DNA of 64,000 bases from Verrucomicrobiota bacterium. Its GTDB lineage: Bacteria > Verrucomicrobiota > Verrucomicrobiia > Limisphaerales > SIBE01. Shown here piece after piece: positions 54,501-60,753 of the stretch. Below the pieces are notes generated by a model. It was not told the origin of the DNA. It saw only the letters and a program-made list of their open reading frames with translations, and made no database searches. The stretch spans positions 12,975-76,974 of the forward strand of contig JAIPJX010000008.1 of NCBI GenBank assembly GCA_021733945.1, read 5' to 3'. Each line of letters opens with the position of its first letter. Positions within the stretch are counted from its first letter, which is position 1. Made by a program: the position numbers and the translations under genes.

Positions 54501-55633
54501 CGGCCAGAATCAATCATTACGGATACGATCCGGGCCTGGTGAAGCGTCGGCAGAAGGTCCGGCGAAACCTTCGGCTGCTCGAGCGTGCGATTCAGGAGAT
54601 GCCGAACGAGGCGGCGCTCGTGATGAATTACGGTCTGGATCTTGTGAATGACGGTCGGCTCGAGGAGGGGCTTGTCCAGTATCGCAACGCGGTCCGTATC
54701 ATGGAGCCGCACAAACCGGATGCCATTCTTCCCGAGGTGCGTGAGCGCCTCCTGACAATCTTCGGGGTGCATCTGCTGAGAGCCGACCGATTCGAAGAAG
54801 TCGTGCAGGTGATGACTTCACGACTTGCCAATGACTGCGGTCCAACGGCCTCGCTGCACTTTCTGGCCGCTGCCGGATTGATGAAGCTGGACCGGCCTGC
54901 GGAGGCGATTCCCCATCTTCAGGCGTGCCTGGCCAAGCGCGGGCAACCCACGCTCACGCCCCCTTGCAAGCAGGTGTTCCGCGGTGGTCCCAGGCATTTG
55001 CTTGCGGAATGTTTTTGCAGGACCAAGCAGGTTGCAGAGGCTGAGGAGGCCTTCAAGGAAGGACTCAAGGAGGATCCGGATTCGGTGGGGCTCCTGCGTG
55101 ATTACGCCTATTTTCTGCATAAAAGTGAACGATCCCTGGAGGCAATGCAGGTGTTGCATCAATTTCTGGGCTCCGGGGTCGACGATGAGCATATCTGGCA
55201 TTTGGGATGTCTGATTTCAAACAGTCGACCCGAGTTCGCCGAGTTCGCCTCCGATTGGACGGCGGAAGCCATCAAGTTTCATCCTGAACATCCGGGGATT
55301 GTGCGGGCCCGGGGGGAAGCGTTGCTGAAAGCGGGTGAACTCCGGGAATCGGTGCCGTTTTTCAAAAAGGCACCGCATCGGGAGGAGTCGGACGCTCTGG
55401 CCGCCGTGGTTCTCGCGGAGTTGGGCGCAGGGGATCCGGTGTCCGGAGTGGGATCTGCGAACGAAGCCGATGTCAGCCGGGAGTTCATCGCCTGGTACCG
55501 CCGTCTCCTGGCCACCAAAGCGCAGAAAGCCGTCCGTGCGATCAACGGAAAACTGGAAATTCTTGCGGGGGTTTTGCCGACTGCGAGCCGGATGCTGAAG
55601 CAGGCACTGGAGGAAGCCGGTTCGCCTGAGTGA
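45518..55633 (+). CDS. giant multi-glycosyltransferase/TPR protein (3371 aa from ATG 45518; 3458 aa from track start 45257)
   Basis: One uninterrupted frame. In order: GT2 (~45545-46200), GT4-like (~46720-47950), 5 TPR super-modules (~48070-51200), two paralogous GT4 domains (~51280-52400 and ~52520-53650), a short TPR stretch, GT2 (~54010-54600), helical/TPR tail. The first 87 codons of the track ORF are R/G/S-rich and look non-coding. Confidence 0.8.
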   Translation: MDKKCQSRGPLVSAIVSTYNSEGYLRGCLRDLVGQTLFAQGKLEIFVIDSGSQQNEGRVVEEFQRQFPSIRYLRTEREPIYAAWNRAIPLLSGKYITNANTDDAHRADALELLAAALDRFPEAGLAYGDFVNSSVPNDSFDDPHVLREVRFPAYEPSDVLFYCPIGCHPMWRRDVFEQLGNFDPRHWSVGDYEFLLRFVDAGMIAVRVPELLSLFFENPSGIQFKSAQETYQQFLNVRHEYRIKIPVEKIYEADPADPSAIARAWVALGNKAMHHRIPWFPNPASELPYAEFCYRRALEACPSFMPALRNLCVLWSLQKEETKVAGLLLRLPSGTATEVKSKLETEGLRLVHVDVVPKGQTLKAEGSEPHPSAPKEVAARRAEVMDGQSPGFKNAPQSRERFRILLTLDDRGEGRVGAFGPGVVAEELVRRGHDVSVLYAAGTHPSSRTPYFLEETTSPGGVRLFGVYNGPVTGCDPENPDRETLDPEMIRCFGEVIERCKPGLVHFHTFQGLTLALAAEAKRKGLVTIYSPHNYHLIDPALYLLGADLSAWTGTDFFRNSEWVARRPDLRGAYARRAEAGRAVLNEHLDLTLAGSYRARDLFEDFCGRHGRIAVVHQGYPGSERVPGEVGGESGRTGPLRVGFLGPIVPREGLHILAAALQRVSPGGVEAHVFGVVDAAYKEQVMAVDGRRVIRWRGAIEPEALGAIAKETDLVVVPSLWEAGAGSEIVDALAMGRPVVAARIGSAADFVVDGFNGRLYRSDSIDELAEILEELVRDRALVERLSRNCRLPHAFGDYVDHVVSIYHRLLKGERVLPGTASLVFPSSPTKPLPQSEPAGGGAASAPADLAEAMHHPLDLLFARASSDLESGNLAAARNVLIEILAQAPDSFEARVSLGSVLFHLEDFEGSWVHYDRALSLKKDDAGLCVQAALVCLKLGRMSDFERVIELALKLEPEHVGALKLLGDLNLQEGRFADAGRCYSRILSREPGNCDILIALGVSFFKGGDPEMAKAVFGQVLVREPEHALAKENLEVIRRSMEQGAGSGAPVPQAAPEEVDSAAKEILELIESADRHFEEGRYFDAKEHLLKVLQLRSDDIRALTSLAAVADALGDVAGSRHYLQEALRVKGEDADLYLQWALVELKQDDVERFEELLAKAFAVDPKHHASLKLLADLNFRSDRLKAAAESYTTILTHYPDDVEAMVSLGACFMNDGDLETARMVLTRALELDASCASAKEHLETIASRLGDTGARPGASGSAVDSQDGPKTAPETIQPAVSKKKNSERVQDLVDEADFFSEVGNLEASLETLERALELAPRDMGLLSAVGSLHYTMGDYEASRAKFRNVIESRPRDPEAYTRLAMACLRLDRIEEMEAALGIALEIDPENREALKFLAKTNLEAERVRDAGRAYAKLLEEQPDDMESLLALGLCFFKGGDLPAARMVYGRVLEYDAENPTAVENLAQIDARENRSTPKRGKSEAEEARERSGKVNELMAAAEGAFKAKNLPAARDALKNAVELAPNAIELLAALGSLHFQLDEMPEAREVLCRLVELAPAEPAKWVQLALTHYQLNEIEDFEKALKRALELDPDHFEALRLLAHMSFKHGNFRDAAQTYGRILKRAPNDVEILSALGVCFFKGGDMDAAGMMFEKVLEVEPGNAIATENLSVIENRSAGNSAGALPSVSNPGNEGEGGASDEPASKRMERVDELLVDADRCATSGDVSGACDRLRKACELEPETHEIHAALGSLLYQLGQWDAGVASLKRATQLAPNSADYHTRLAISLLSVDSVGEFEEALQKALTLDPSHRPALRLLADLNLRGGNFKDAAHTYHRLLLQTPDDVDVMLPMAVCFYKNGDPQAARMVFNRILTLDPEHAIARENRDLLDREEAGSGAAGATSGGSVPTVAPASVAVPAVGKVSVLWEGSQFVHHSLALVNRELCFQLLQMGHDVSILPYEPDQFGAEMDPRFVRLAGAVRAPLSKAPEIHLRHQWPFNPVPPKEGRWVVIQPWEYGMLPKEWLPVLREQVDEIWTYSNFVRDTYIRSGVPAEKVFVVPCGVDPDRFHPGASPAKLATQKKYKFLFVGGLIHRKGIDLLLNTYMNRFRASDDVCLVIKAFGSGWYRDDKVRAQIKKIQQTPGSPEILLLDRDMEPAELPGLYTTCDCLVHPYRGEGFGLPVLEAMACELPVIVTGGGSTDDFATDELASRVAAVRKNLGTRVMDLELAGEGWLLEPDPADLGERMTWMVNHPDEAAAMARRASEVARTKWSWAAGAARAEARLRALSKCNELPMRFTSQPGQSASGQNPGTVVEKEVGDQRSLGKEPGSASAGNGVDVVWEGPQFSHHSLALINREVCLSLIAGGTAVRVQSVGDKVFGPEADPRFQELEKRMNGVGPSASALRVRHQWPMNLEPPLDGPWIVMQPWEFGAIPRDWLEPMQHRVDEIWAYTEFVRQTYIQCGVPPEKVFVIPCGVHPGKFHPEVTRANLATRKKFKFLFVGGTILRKGPDVLLNAYLRTFTAQDDVCLVIKDFGGRDVYKGQTIERSIREAQARSGAPEILHLTEDMTPDELPGLYAACDCLVHPYRGEGFGLPVLEAMAVGLPVIVTEGGSTDDFAPANVAYRIPSKSVEVPNWAGPELVGSPTWLEPDQGVLEQVMRAVFQDPEAGRRMGRAASAHVHQSWTWDCAATRVLERLKSLASRTELPVRFQGQGMIPPSLIPGGNAEIKVPAAGEVGSLEKVHALVEKRKFLKAWNATLDAIRQRPFHPDAYLQMVDIALRAEDIRQALACAERLIRMTPNWTTARRIHDSLKKERKPKKSKVRWTPLPKPGARPSLSVCLIVRNEEEHIGRCLASVKDIATQIVVVDTGSSDRTVAIAKEYGAEVYHFEWNDDFSDARNEGHRHARGDWVLILDADEELPVESHKQLLEDMAVENVLGYRIPICNIHEADDSVTYVPRLFRNAPALFFVGRVHEQIYASVIARKSEWNMEAVLGTARINHYGYDPGLVKRRQKVRRNLRLLERAIQEMPNEAALVMNYGLDLVNDGRLEEGLVQYRNAVRIMEPHKPDAILPEVRERLLTIFGVHLLRADRFEEVVQVMTSRLANDCGPTASLHFLAAAGLMKLDRPAEAIPHLQACLAKRGQPTLTPPCKQVFRGGPRHLLAECFCRTKQVAEAEEAFKEGLKEDPDSVGLLRDYAYFLHKSERSLEAMQVLHQFLGSGVDDEHIWHLGCLISNSRPEFAEFASDWTAEAIKFHPEHPGIVRARGEALLKAGELRESVPFFKKAPHREESDALAAVVLAELGAGDPVSGVGSANEADVSREFIAWYRRLLATKAQKAVRAINGKLEILAGVLPTASRMLKQALEEAGSPE
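48070..51200 (+). repeat. five tandem ~213-aa TPR super-modules (protein-level repeat) inside the giant ORF
   Basis: The landmark CFFKGGD (variants CFMNDGD, CFYKNGD) recurs at 48524, ~49148, 49817, 50432 and ~51082 (period 615-670 nt). Each module ends ...A.EN(L/R).... Confidence 0.8.
51280..53650 (+). repeat. tandem duplication of a ~400-aa GT4 domain inside the giant ORF
   Basis: VLWEGSQFVHHSLALVNRELC... versus VVWEGPQFSHHSLALINREVC... Both contain CDCLVHPYRGEGFGLPVLEAMA. The DNA around 52021 versus 53261 is ~80% identical by eye. Confidence 0.85.
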
Positions 55634-55680
55634 GGACGAACGGCAGGGGCATCAGGTTAAAACTGAAAAAATCTTGATGA

Positions 55681-55714
55681 CGCGCCTTTTCACCCCGTGT
55701 GAAGGGCGCGTTTT
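55681..55714. terminator. bidirectional intrinsic terminator between the giant ORF and flgL
   Basis: CGCGCCTTTTCAC-cccgt-GTGAAGGGCGCG stem-loop (~12 bp, one bulge) followed by TTTT on the + strand, with an A-rich tract upstream (a T-run for the minus strand). Lies between convergent stop codons. Confidence 0.6.
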
Positions 55715-55717
55715 GCG

Positions 55718-56653
55718 TTAACGGATGTAGTCGAGGAGGGACGTGCCGAGGATCTTTCCTCCGGTTTGCAGCGCAGCGGTGTAGGCGTTTTGCACTTCGC
55801 TCAGGGAGACCAGGGTCAGGGACAGATCGGCATCCGCCTCCTGGGAGACGAGGCCTTCGAGAGACGCTTTCTGGCGATTGGCAATCGAGCTGGCGGTGTC
55901 GAGTCGGGTCTGGGTGGCACCGATTCTGCCGTAGTGATGAATGATGTTCTCTTCGTCCTTCAGGAGATTGCCGAGATCCACCTTGTTGATCGTTTCCGCA
56001 TTCCCCGCCTGCAGATTGTCCCGCAGGGCGATGAGGTGGGCGAAGAAATCGGATCCCGATCGGGGATCCGCCAGCAGGCCCCGCTCGCCGACTCCCGATG
56101 CATTTGCCCCGGGAATCATGGCTGAAATCTTGATTCCCTCTCCGATTTCGCTTTCCGCCACTGTGGAGGAACCCTGGTAGGCGACGGAAACGACCTTGCC
56201 ATTCGCATCGCGGGTTGCGTTGAACGGGAGAGTGGAGTTCTTGGTTCCGCCGAACAGGTAGGAGGCGTGATGCCGGGTGTTGGAGATTTGCAGCGTTCGT
56301 TCGATGAGCTGGTCCACCTCGGTTGCGAATGTGACGAGTTCCTCGGGTGTCTTCAGGGAATCGACGCGTGTGGCGATTTCTCCCGCCCGATCTGAAACCT
56401 TCTTGATGCCCGAGATGGATACGTAGGACGCTTCGACGGTGTCCTTGAGATTGGCAATGTTCTTTTCGTACTGCCCCAGCAGCTTGATCTCGCCCTGCAT
56501 GTCCAGGACCCTGCGCATTGCCCGGGGATCCTCGCTTGAGACATGAAATCGTTGACCGGTTCCCGCCTGGGTCTGGAGACGCGCCTGCTTGGTGGCCAGA
56601 TTGGTGAGCTGGTTTCGCAGAGCCGTGGGGAATGTGCTGGAAGTTACTCGCAT
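55718..56653 (-). CDS. flgL: hook-filament junction protein FlgL
   Basis: 311 aa. MRVTSSTFPTALRNQLTNLATKQARLQTQAGTGQRF... flagellin-like termini. Follows flgK. Confidence 0.85.
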   Translation of the reverse strand: MRVTSSTFPTALRNQLTNLATKQARLQTQAGTGQRFHVSSEDPRAMRRVLDMQGEIKLLGQYEKNIANLKDTVEASYVSISGIKKVSDRAGEIATRVDSLKTPEELVTFATEVDQLIERTLQISNTRHHASYLFGGTKNSTLPFNATRDANGKVVSVAYQGSSTVAESEIGEGIKISAMIPGANASGVGERGLLADPRSGSDFFAHLIALRDNLQAGNAETINKVDLGNLLKDEENIIHHYGRIGATQTRLDTASSIANRQKASLEGLVSQEADADLSLTLVSLSEVQNAYTAALQTGGKILGTSLLDYIR

Positions 56654-56703
56654 ATGGTCAGGCAGGAAAAGGTTTTATGGGTCAGGCGGTTTCTCCCGGA
56701 TGG

Positions 56704-58140
56704 TTATTGACCGAGGTTGATCACGCTCTGCAGCAGTTCATCCATTGTCTGCACCATTCGGGCGGACGCCTGAAAAGCTCGTTGAAAAATGATGAGATTG
56801 GACATTTCTTCATCAATGGAGACGCCGCCCAGGGAGTCCCGCTGGCGCAGCAGCATCTGGTTGACCGCGTTTTGGTCGAGCAGTTCGCTGTTGGTATTGT
56901 TCAGGGCCTGTCCCAGGTCCGCAACCGCCTGGTTGTAGCTTTCGGCGAAGGTCAGATTGCCAAGTGCCGCCTGTGGAGTTTGACCGAGTGTGGCCAAGGC
57001 GAGGGCGATTTCGTTGTTGCCCGGGTCGCCGTTGGCGCTCGCCTGAAGCAAATTCGGGTCAGCTTTCAGCGCCGCGCTCACCTGGATGTCGGAGGCCTTT
57101 GTGCCGGTAAAGAAAGGCTGCCCGGTGGTCGTTCCGTCCAGTGCCGTTCCAGCGCCATGAATCGTGTTGAAGACGGTAATCAGGGTGTCGGCGAGCGTGT
57201 CGATCTCCGATTGAATGGTGGCCAATTCACCGTCACGGGCATCGATGGTGCCCTTGATGGATCCCCCGGAAATGGTGGGTGCGGCCCCGGAAGTTGTCTG
57301 AACCTGGATTCCACCGTTGGCGTCCGTAAGTGTGGTGAGGGAATCTATCTTGTTGTCGGCACGAATCACCTCCACGCCACCGATAAACATGGAAAGAGCG
57401 CCGGAGCTGGTATCCTCGGTTGTGGTGAAATCAACCAGTTCCGCCAACTGCTCAAGCTGCGCCTGACGCCTGTCCCGCAGGTCGTTCGAATTTCCCTTGC
57501 TCGATTTGCCTTCGTCGGTCGTGATCGAAAGGCTGAGGTCCGCGATCTGGGTGATCAGAGTGTCGGCCTGTCGGATATCCTCGGTTGTCGAGGTGTTGAG
57601 ATCCGCACGGAGCCGTGTGAACCGCTGGTCGAGAGCGTTGAATTTGTTGGTCAGGCTGTCGGCTTCGAGCAGGACGATCTGGCGATCGGAGGTCGCGGCG
57701 GGAGATGTGCTCAGAGCCTGAAGCGCGTTGAACAGGTCGCTGAACCCTTCAACCAGCCCGTGCTGGCCACCGATGCCCTGGGCGGCCGTGGCACCCTCGG
57801 CTGTGGACGACTGGCGGTCGAGTTGTTGGCCCAAGTTGACCTCGGTGAACTCGAGTGCCTTCTGTCGACCCTCGAGAAATCCGGTGACGCTCGTTTCGGT
57901 CAGGATCTGGGTGTCGAGCAACTTGCTGCGCACCTGGGAAACTCCGGAGACAGTGGCGCCGGTTCCGACCGGGCCGTTGGAGCTCGGAAGCGTGGCCCCC
58001 GTTTCAATCCTGAGTTGCTGTCGGGAGTACGCCGTATTGCTGACATTGGCCAGATTATGACCGGTCACCTCGATGCCACGCATGTTGGTATCGAGCGACC
58101 GTTTGGCCAATTCCAATGTTCCAATGAGACCGAGTGACAT
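56704..58140 (-). CDS. flgK: hook-filament junction protein FlgK
   Basis: 478 aa. N-terminus MSLGLIGTLELAKRSLDTNMRGIEVTGHNLANVSNTAYSRQ, C-terminus GVSIDEEMSNLIIFQRAFQASARMVQTMDELL. Confidence 0.9.
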   Translation of the reverse strand: MSLGLIGTLELAKRSLDTNMRGIEVTGHNLANVSNTAYSRQQLRIETGATLPSSNGPVGTGATVSGVSQVRSKLLDTQILTETSVTGFLEGRQKALEFTEVNLGQQLDRQSSTAEGATAAQGIGGQHGLVEGFSDLFNALQALSTSPAATSDRQIVLLEADSLTNKFNALDQRFTRLRADLNTSTTEDIRQADTLITQIADLSLSITTDEGKSSKGNSNDLRDRRQAQLEQLAELVDFTTTEDTSSGALSMFIGGVEVIRADNKIDSLTTLTDANGGIQVQTTSGAAPTISGGSIKGTIDARDGELATIQSEIDTLADTLITVFNTIHGAGTALDGTTTGQPFFTGTKASDIQVSAALKADPNLLQASANGDPGNNEIALALATLGQTPQAALGNLTFAESYNQAVADLGQALNNTNSELLDQNAVNQMLLRQRDSLGGVSIDEEMSNLIIFQRAFQASARMVQTMDELLQSVINLGQ

Positions 58141-58152
58141 AGCAGTTTGCCT

Positions 58153-58650
58153 TTAAAGGATCATCTCGCAGAGGGAGCTCTGCGGCAGGGGACCGGATTT
58201 GACCATGCCAGCCTGGCTGTAGGTCTGCCCTCCGCTCGATGGGAACAGGCTGAAAATCATCTGCTGCATCAGGTCGAGGGAACGGCTGAGCAGGAGGTGA
58301 TTCTGGCGAAGCCGCTGCTGCGAACGCATCAACAGATCGTTGATCTCGTCGACGAGAGCCTCCAGAAGCGGTTGGTAATCGGCCGGCACGAGGAGCACGA
58401 GCTGCCGGAAGGAGAGTGTGGAGGGGTTGCCCATGGAGACAGCCAGGTCTTTGCGCAGTTGGTCGCGGCGCTGGCGTGCGGCGGCCACGACCGGCACCTG
58501 GGCGTTGATGGCACCCAGATTCTCCAGGAGACCCTCAGCGGAACGGCTGACGATCAGATCTTGTTGCTGCTCCAGAAGGGCGAGCAACTCTCCGTATTGG
58601 GTGAGTTCCTCCCGGAGGGTTTCGATTAGCGTGTCCAGTTCGACTTTCAT
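58153..58650 (-). CDS. flgN: FlgN-like flagellar export chaperone
   Basis: 165 aa, helical. LIETLREELTQYGELLALLEQQQDLIVSRSAEGLLE... Directly upstream of flgK. Confidence 0.65.
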   Translation of the reverse strand: MKVELDTLIETLREELTQYGELLALLEQQQDLIVSRSAEGLLENLGAINAQVPVVAAARQRRDQLRKDLAVSMGNPSTLSFRQLVLLVPADYQPLLEALVDEINDLLMRSQQRLRQNHLLLSRSLDLMQQMIFSLFPSSGGQTYSQAGMVKSGPLPQSSLCEMIL

Positions 58651-59000
58651 TCGATGGGCGCCGGAGTTGGATCGGAGTCGGCAGCGGCTTTTTTAGGGTG
58701 GACCATTTGAGTTTGAAAGGATTTCGCGAGTCCGAATTTTCCGGACTTGCTGATCGAATCGGCCAGATGTTCGACCATCATGTCCTTGTAGATGTCGTTG
58801 ACGGAATTGTTTTCCTCGCCCTTGGGATTGAGCACCGGTTTGTAGGCTTCCGTGAGAAACTGGCGGAGCATGATCGCCTCGAAGTGACGGCTCACACCCG
58901 CGACCTTCTGATCTTCCGTGAGGGTCGTGCTGGCGGCCATCCGTTCCAACGGCATGTTGTCCGGGTCGAGCGTCCGCGAAAAGAAGGGTTGAATTTCCAT
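58647..59000 (-). CDS. flgJ: rod-binding protein (FlgJ N-terminal domain only, no muramidase domain)
   Basis: 117 aa. ...SRHFEAIMLRQFLTEAYKPVL...DIYKDMMVEHLADSISKSGKFGLAKSF... fits the Rod_binding pattern. Follows flgI. Confidence 0.6.
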   Translation of the reverse strand: MEIQPFFSRTLDPDNMPLERMAASTTLTEDQKVAGVSRHFEAIMLRQFLTEAYKPVLNPKGEENNSVNDIYKDMMVEHLADSISKSGKFGLAKSFQTQMVHPKKAAADSDPTPAPIE

Positions 59001-59002
59001 GG

Positions 59003-60112
59003 TTAACGGACGATCAATTCTGCGTGAAGGGCGCCCGCCTGTTTCATGGCCTGGAAGATGGCCATCATGTCACGGGGAGTCGCGCCCAGTTCATTCATCG
59101 CCGCGGCCACACGGTCGACGGTCGGCATTTCCGGAAACGCCTTCATTTGCGCCGCCTGCTCGGTGACGTCGACCTGCGTGGTTGGAACCACCTGCGTGGT
59201 GCCGGTCTGGGCAAAGGGGCTGGGTTGGGAAACATCCAGGGTTTCGGAAATCTGAACAATGATGTTTCCGTGGGCGACGGCGCAGCTGGAGATCTTGGTC
59301 CGGGCCGTTGCGACGATCGTGCCGGTTTTTTCATTGATGACCACGCGGGCCGGGGTGTCGACCTGAAAGGTAATCTCGCGGAGTTGGGCCACGAAATCGA
59401 TCGGGTGAGTCTGATAGGTGTCCGGAATCTCGACGCGAACACTTCCGCCATCGACAGCGTGTGCCGAGCTCGGGAACTTGGCGTTGACGGCTTCGGCCAT
59501 GCGGGCCGAGTTGCTGAAGTCGTAGTCCCGCAGCACCAGTTCAATGGCGTTGCCCCGGACGAGGGTGACAGGAACCGTTTTTTCGACGCTTGCACCGCCG
59601 ATAATCTGACCGGTCAGAGGGTGGTTTTTCTGAACATTCGCGCCGCCGCCGCCGCCGCCACCGAGGGAAAAGCCGCCAATGGCAACAGGGCCCTGACCGA
59701 TGGCGTAGACGTTTCCGTCCACACCGTAAAGGAGCGTCTGGGCAAGCATGCCGCCTTCGAGCGATTTGGCGTCGCCCATCGCGGAAACCGTGACATCAAT
59801 CCGGCTGCCCGATTTGGCGAAGGGCGGCAGGTCGGCCGTGACGAGCACGACGGCGATGTCCTTGGAGGTGAGGCTGGTTGCGGGGAGATTGATTCCGAAT
59901 CGTCGGAGGGTGTTCGCCAGGGCAGCCCGCGTCTGGGCCGGGTCCTTGTCACCCACGGTGTTCAAGCCTGAAACCAAACCGACACCGATCAATTGGTTGG
60001 AGCGTTCGCCCAGGACAAATGCCTGGTCGCCCACGCGCACCAAAGCGCCCTGAGTGTTCAGGGCGACCAGAAGCAGTCCGGTTCGGAGGATGTTCTTGAG
60101 GATTAGATTCAT
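59003..60112 (-). CDS. flgI: flagellar P-ring protein FlgI
   Basis: Signal peptide, then VRVGDQAFVLGERSNQLIGVGLVSGLNTVGD... ATG at 60110-60112 is preferred; the track's TTG 60145 would overlap flgH. Confidence 0.9.
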   Translation of the reverse strand: MNLILKNILRTGLLLVALNTQGALVRVGDQAFVLGERSNQLIGVGLVSGLNTVGDKDPAQTRAALANTLRRFGINLPATSLTSKDIAVVLVTADLPPFAKSGSRIDVTVSAMGDAKSLEGGMLAQTLLYGVDGNVYAIGQGPVAIGGFSLGGGGGGGANVQKNHPLTGQIIGGASVEKTVPVTLVRGNAIELVLRDYDFSNSARMAEAVNAKFPSSAHAVDGGSVRVEIPDTYQTHPIDFVAQLREITFQVDTPARVVINEKTGTIVATARTKISSCAVAHGNIIVQISETLDVSQPSPFAQTGTTQVVPTTQVDVTEQAAQMKAFPEMPTVDRVAAAMNELGATPRDMMAIFQAMKQAGALHAELIVR

Positions 60113-60120
60113 GATGGAGA

Positions 60121-60753
60121 TTAAAAAGGAGTGAGCACGTCCCAAGCCCGGGTGAACCAGCCCTTTTTCTGGCTGTTGCTGATGGCCCCGGAATCGACAA
60201 ATTTGATGGAGACATCGGCCAGGCTGTAGCTGAAGACCGTGTTCGCGGGGGAGATGTCATCCCTCCGGACGGTGCCGCGCAGGATCACCGTGCGTGATTC
60301 GCCGGAAAAGGAGGTCTGGCGCAATCCCTCGACGATCATGTTCTTGTTGGGCAGCACATCGACCACCCGGACCCCGAATCGTGCGACGATCGTCTCGGAG
60401 TTGTTGATTGCTCCGCCACCGTCAAAATTATTGTTGGAAGTCATGGCCATGGCCGGGAGATTCCCGCCCTTGGTCATGAAGTTGCTCGCCGTGGGAGCAA
60501 ACAGGAAGGACTGAAGGGCCGCATCCGTTGAGGTTGTCTTGGAGGACTTGGTGCTGGTGTCCTTCTTGGTGCTGGCGCTTTCCTGAACGATCACCGAGAT
60601 GATATCGCCCACCGCGTTGGCGCGCGAGTCGGAGATCAGGGACATGACGATTTCCTCCGACCAGAGTGAATCGGCGTGTGCTCCGGTCAGAAGGATCGGA
60701 AGAGTTGCCAGTGCAACCAGTGGTTTAGAGATCAACTTGAATGGTGTCTTCAT
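60121..60753 (-). CDS. flgH: flagellar L-ring protein FlgH
   Basis: 210 aa. Signal peptide ...LLTGAHA/DSLW..., then ...IVEGLRQTSFSGESRTVILRGTVRRDDISPANTV... Confidence 0.85.
   Translation of the reverse strand: MKTPFKLISKPLVALATLPILLTGAHADSLWSEEIVMSLISDSRANAVGDIISVIVQESASTKKDTSTKSSKTTSTDAALQSFLFAPTASNFMTKGGNLPAMAMTSNNNFDGGGAINNSETIVARFGVRVVDVLPNKNMIVEGLRQTSFSGESRTVILRGTVRRDDISPANTVFSYSLADVSIKFVDSGAISNSQKKGWFTRAWDVLTPF

Noticed and set aside
45914-54772. Very long minus-strand ORFs inside the giant gene (45914..47533 539 aa, 46692..47714, 48365..49513 382 aa, 49937..51322 461 aa, 51470..52270, 52373..53269, 53396..54772 458 aa).
   Set aside because: They are antisense to a frame with clear GT/TPR family motifs. 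Their translations are Arg/Pro/Gly/His-rich with no recognisable domains, which is the typical open antisense frame of GC-rich coding DNA.
56632-59971. Plus-strand ORFs 56632..58137 (501 aa), 58147..58629 and 59024..59971 (315 aa).
   Set aside because: Antisense shadows of flgK, flgN and flgI, with no family features.
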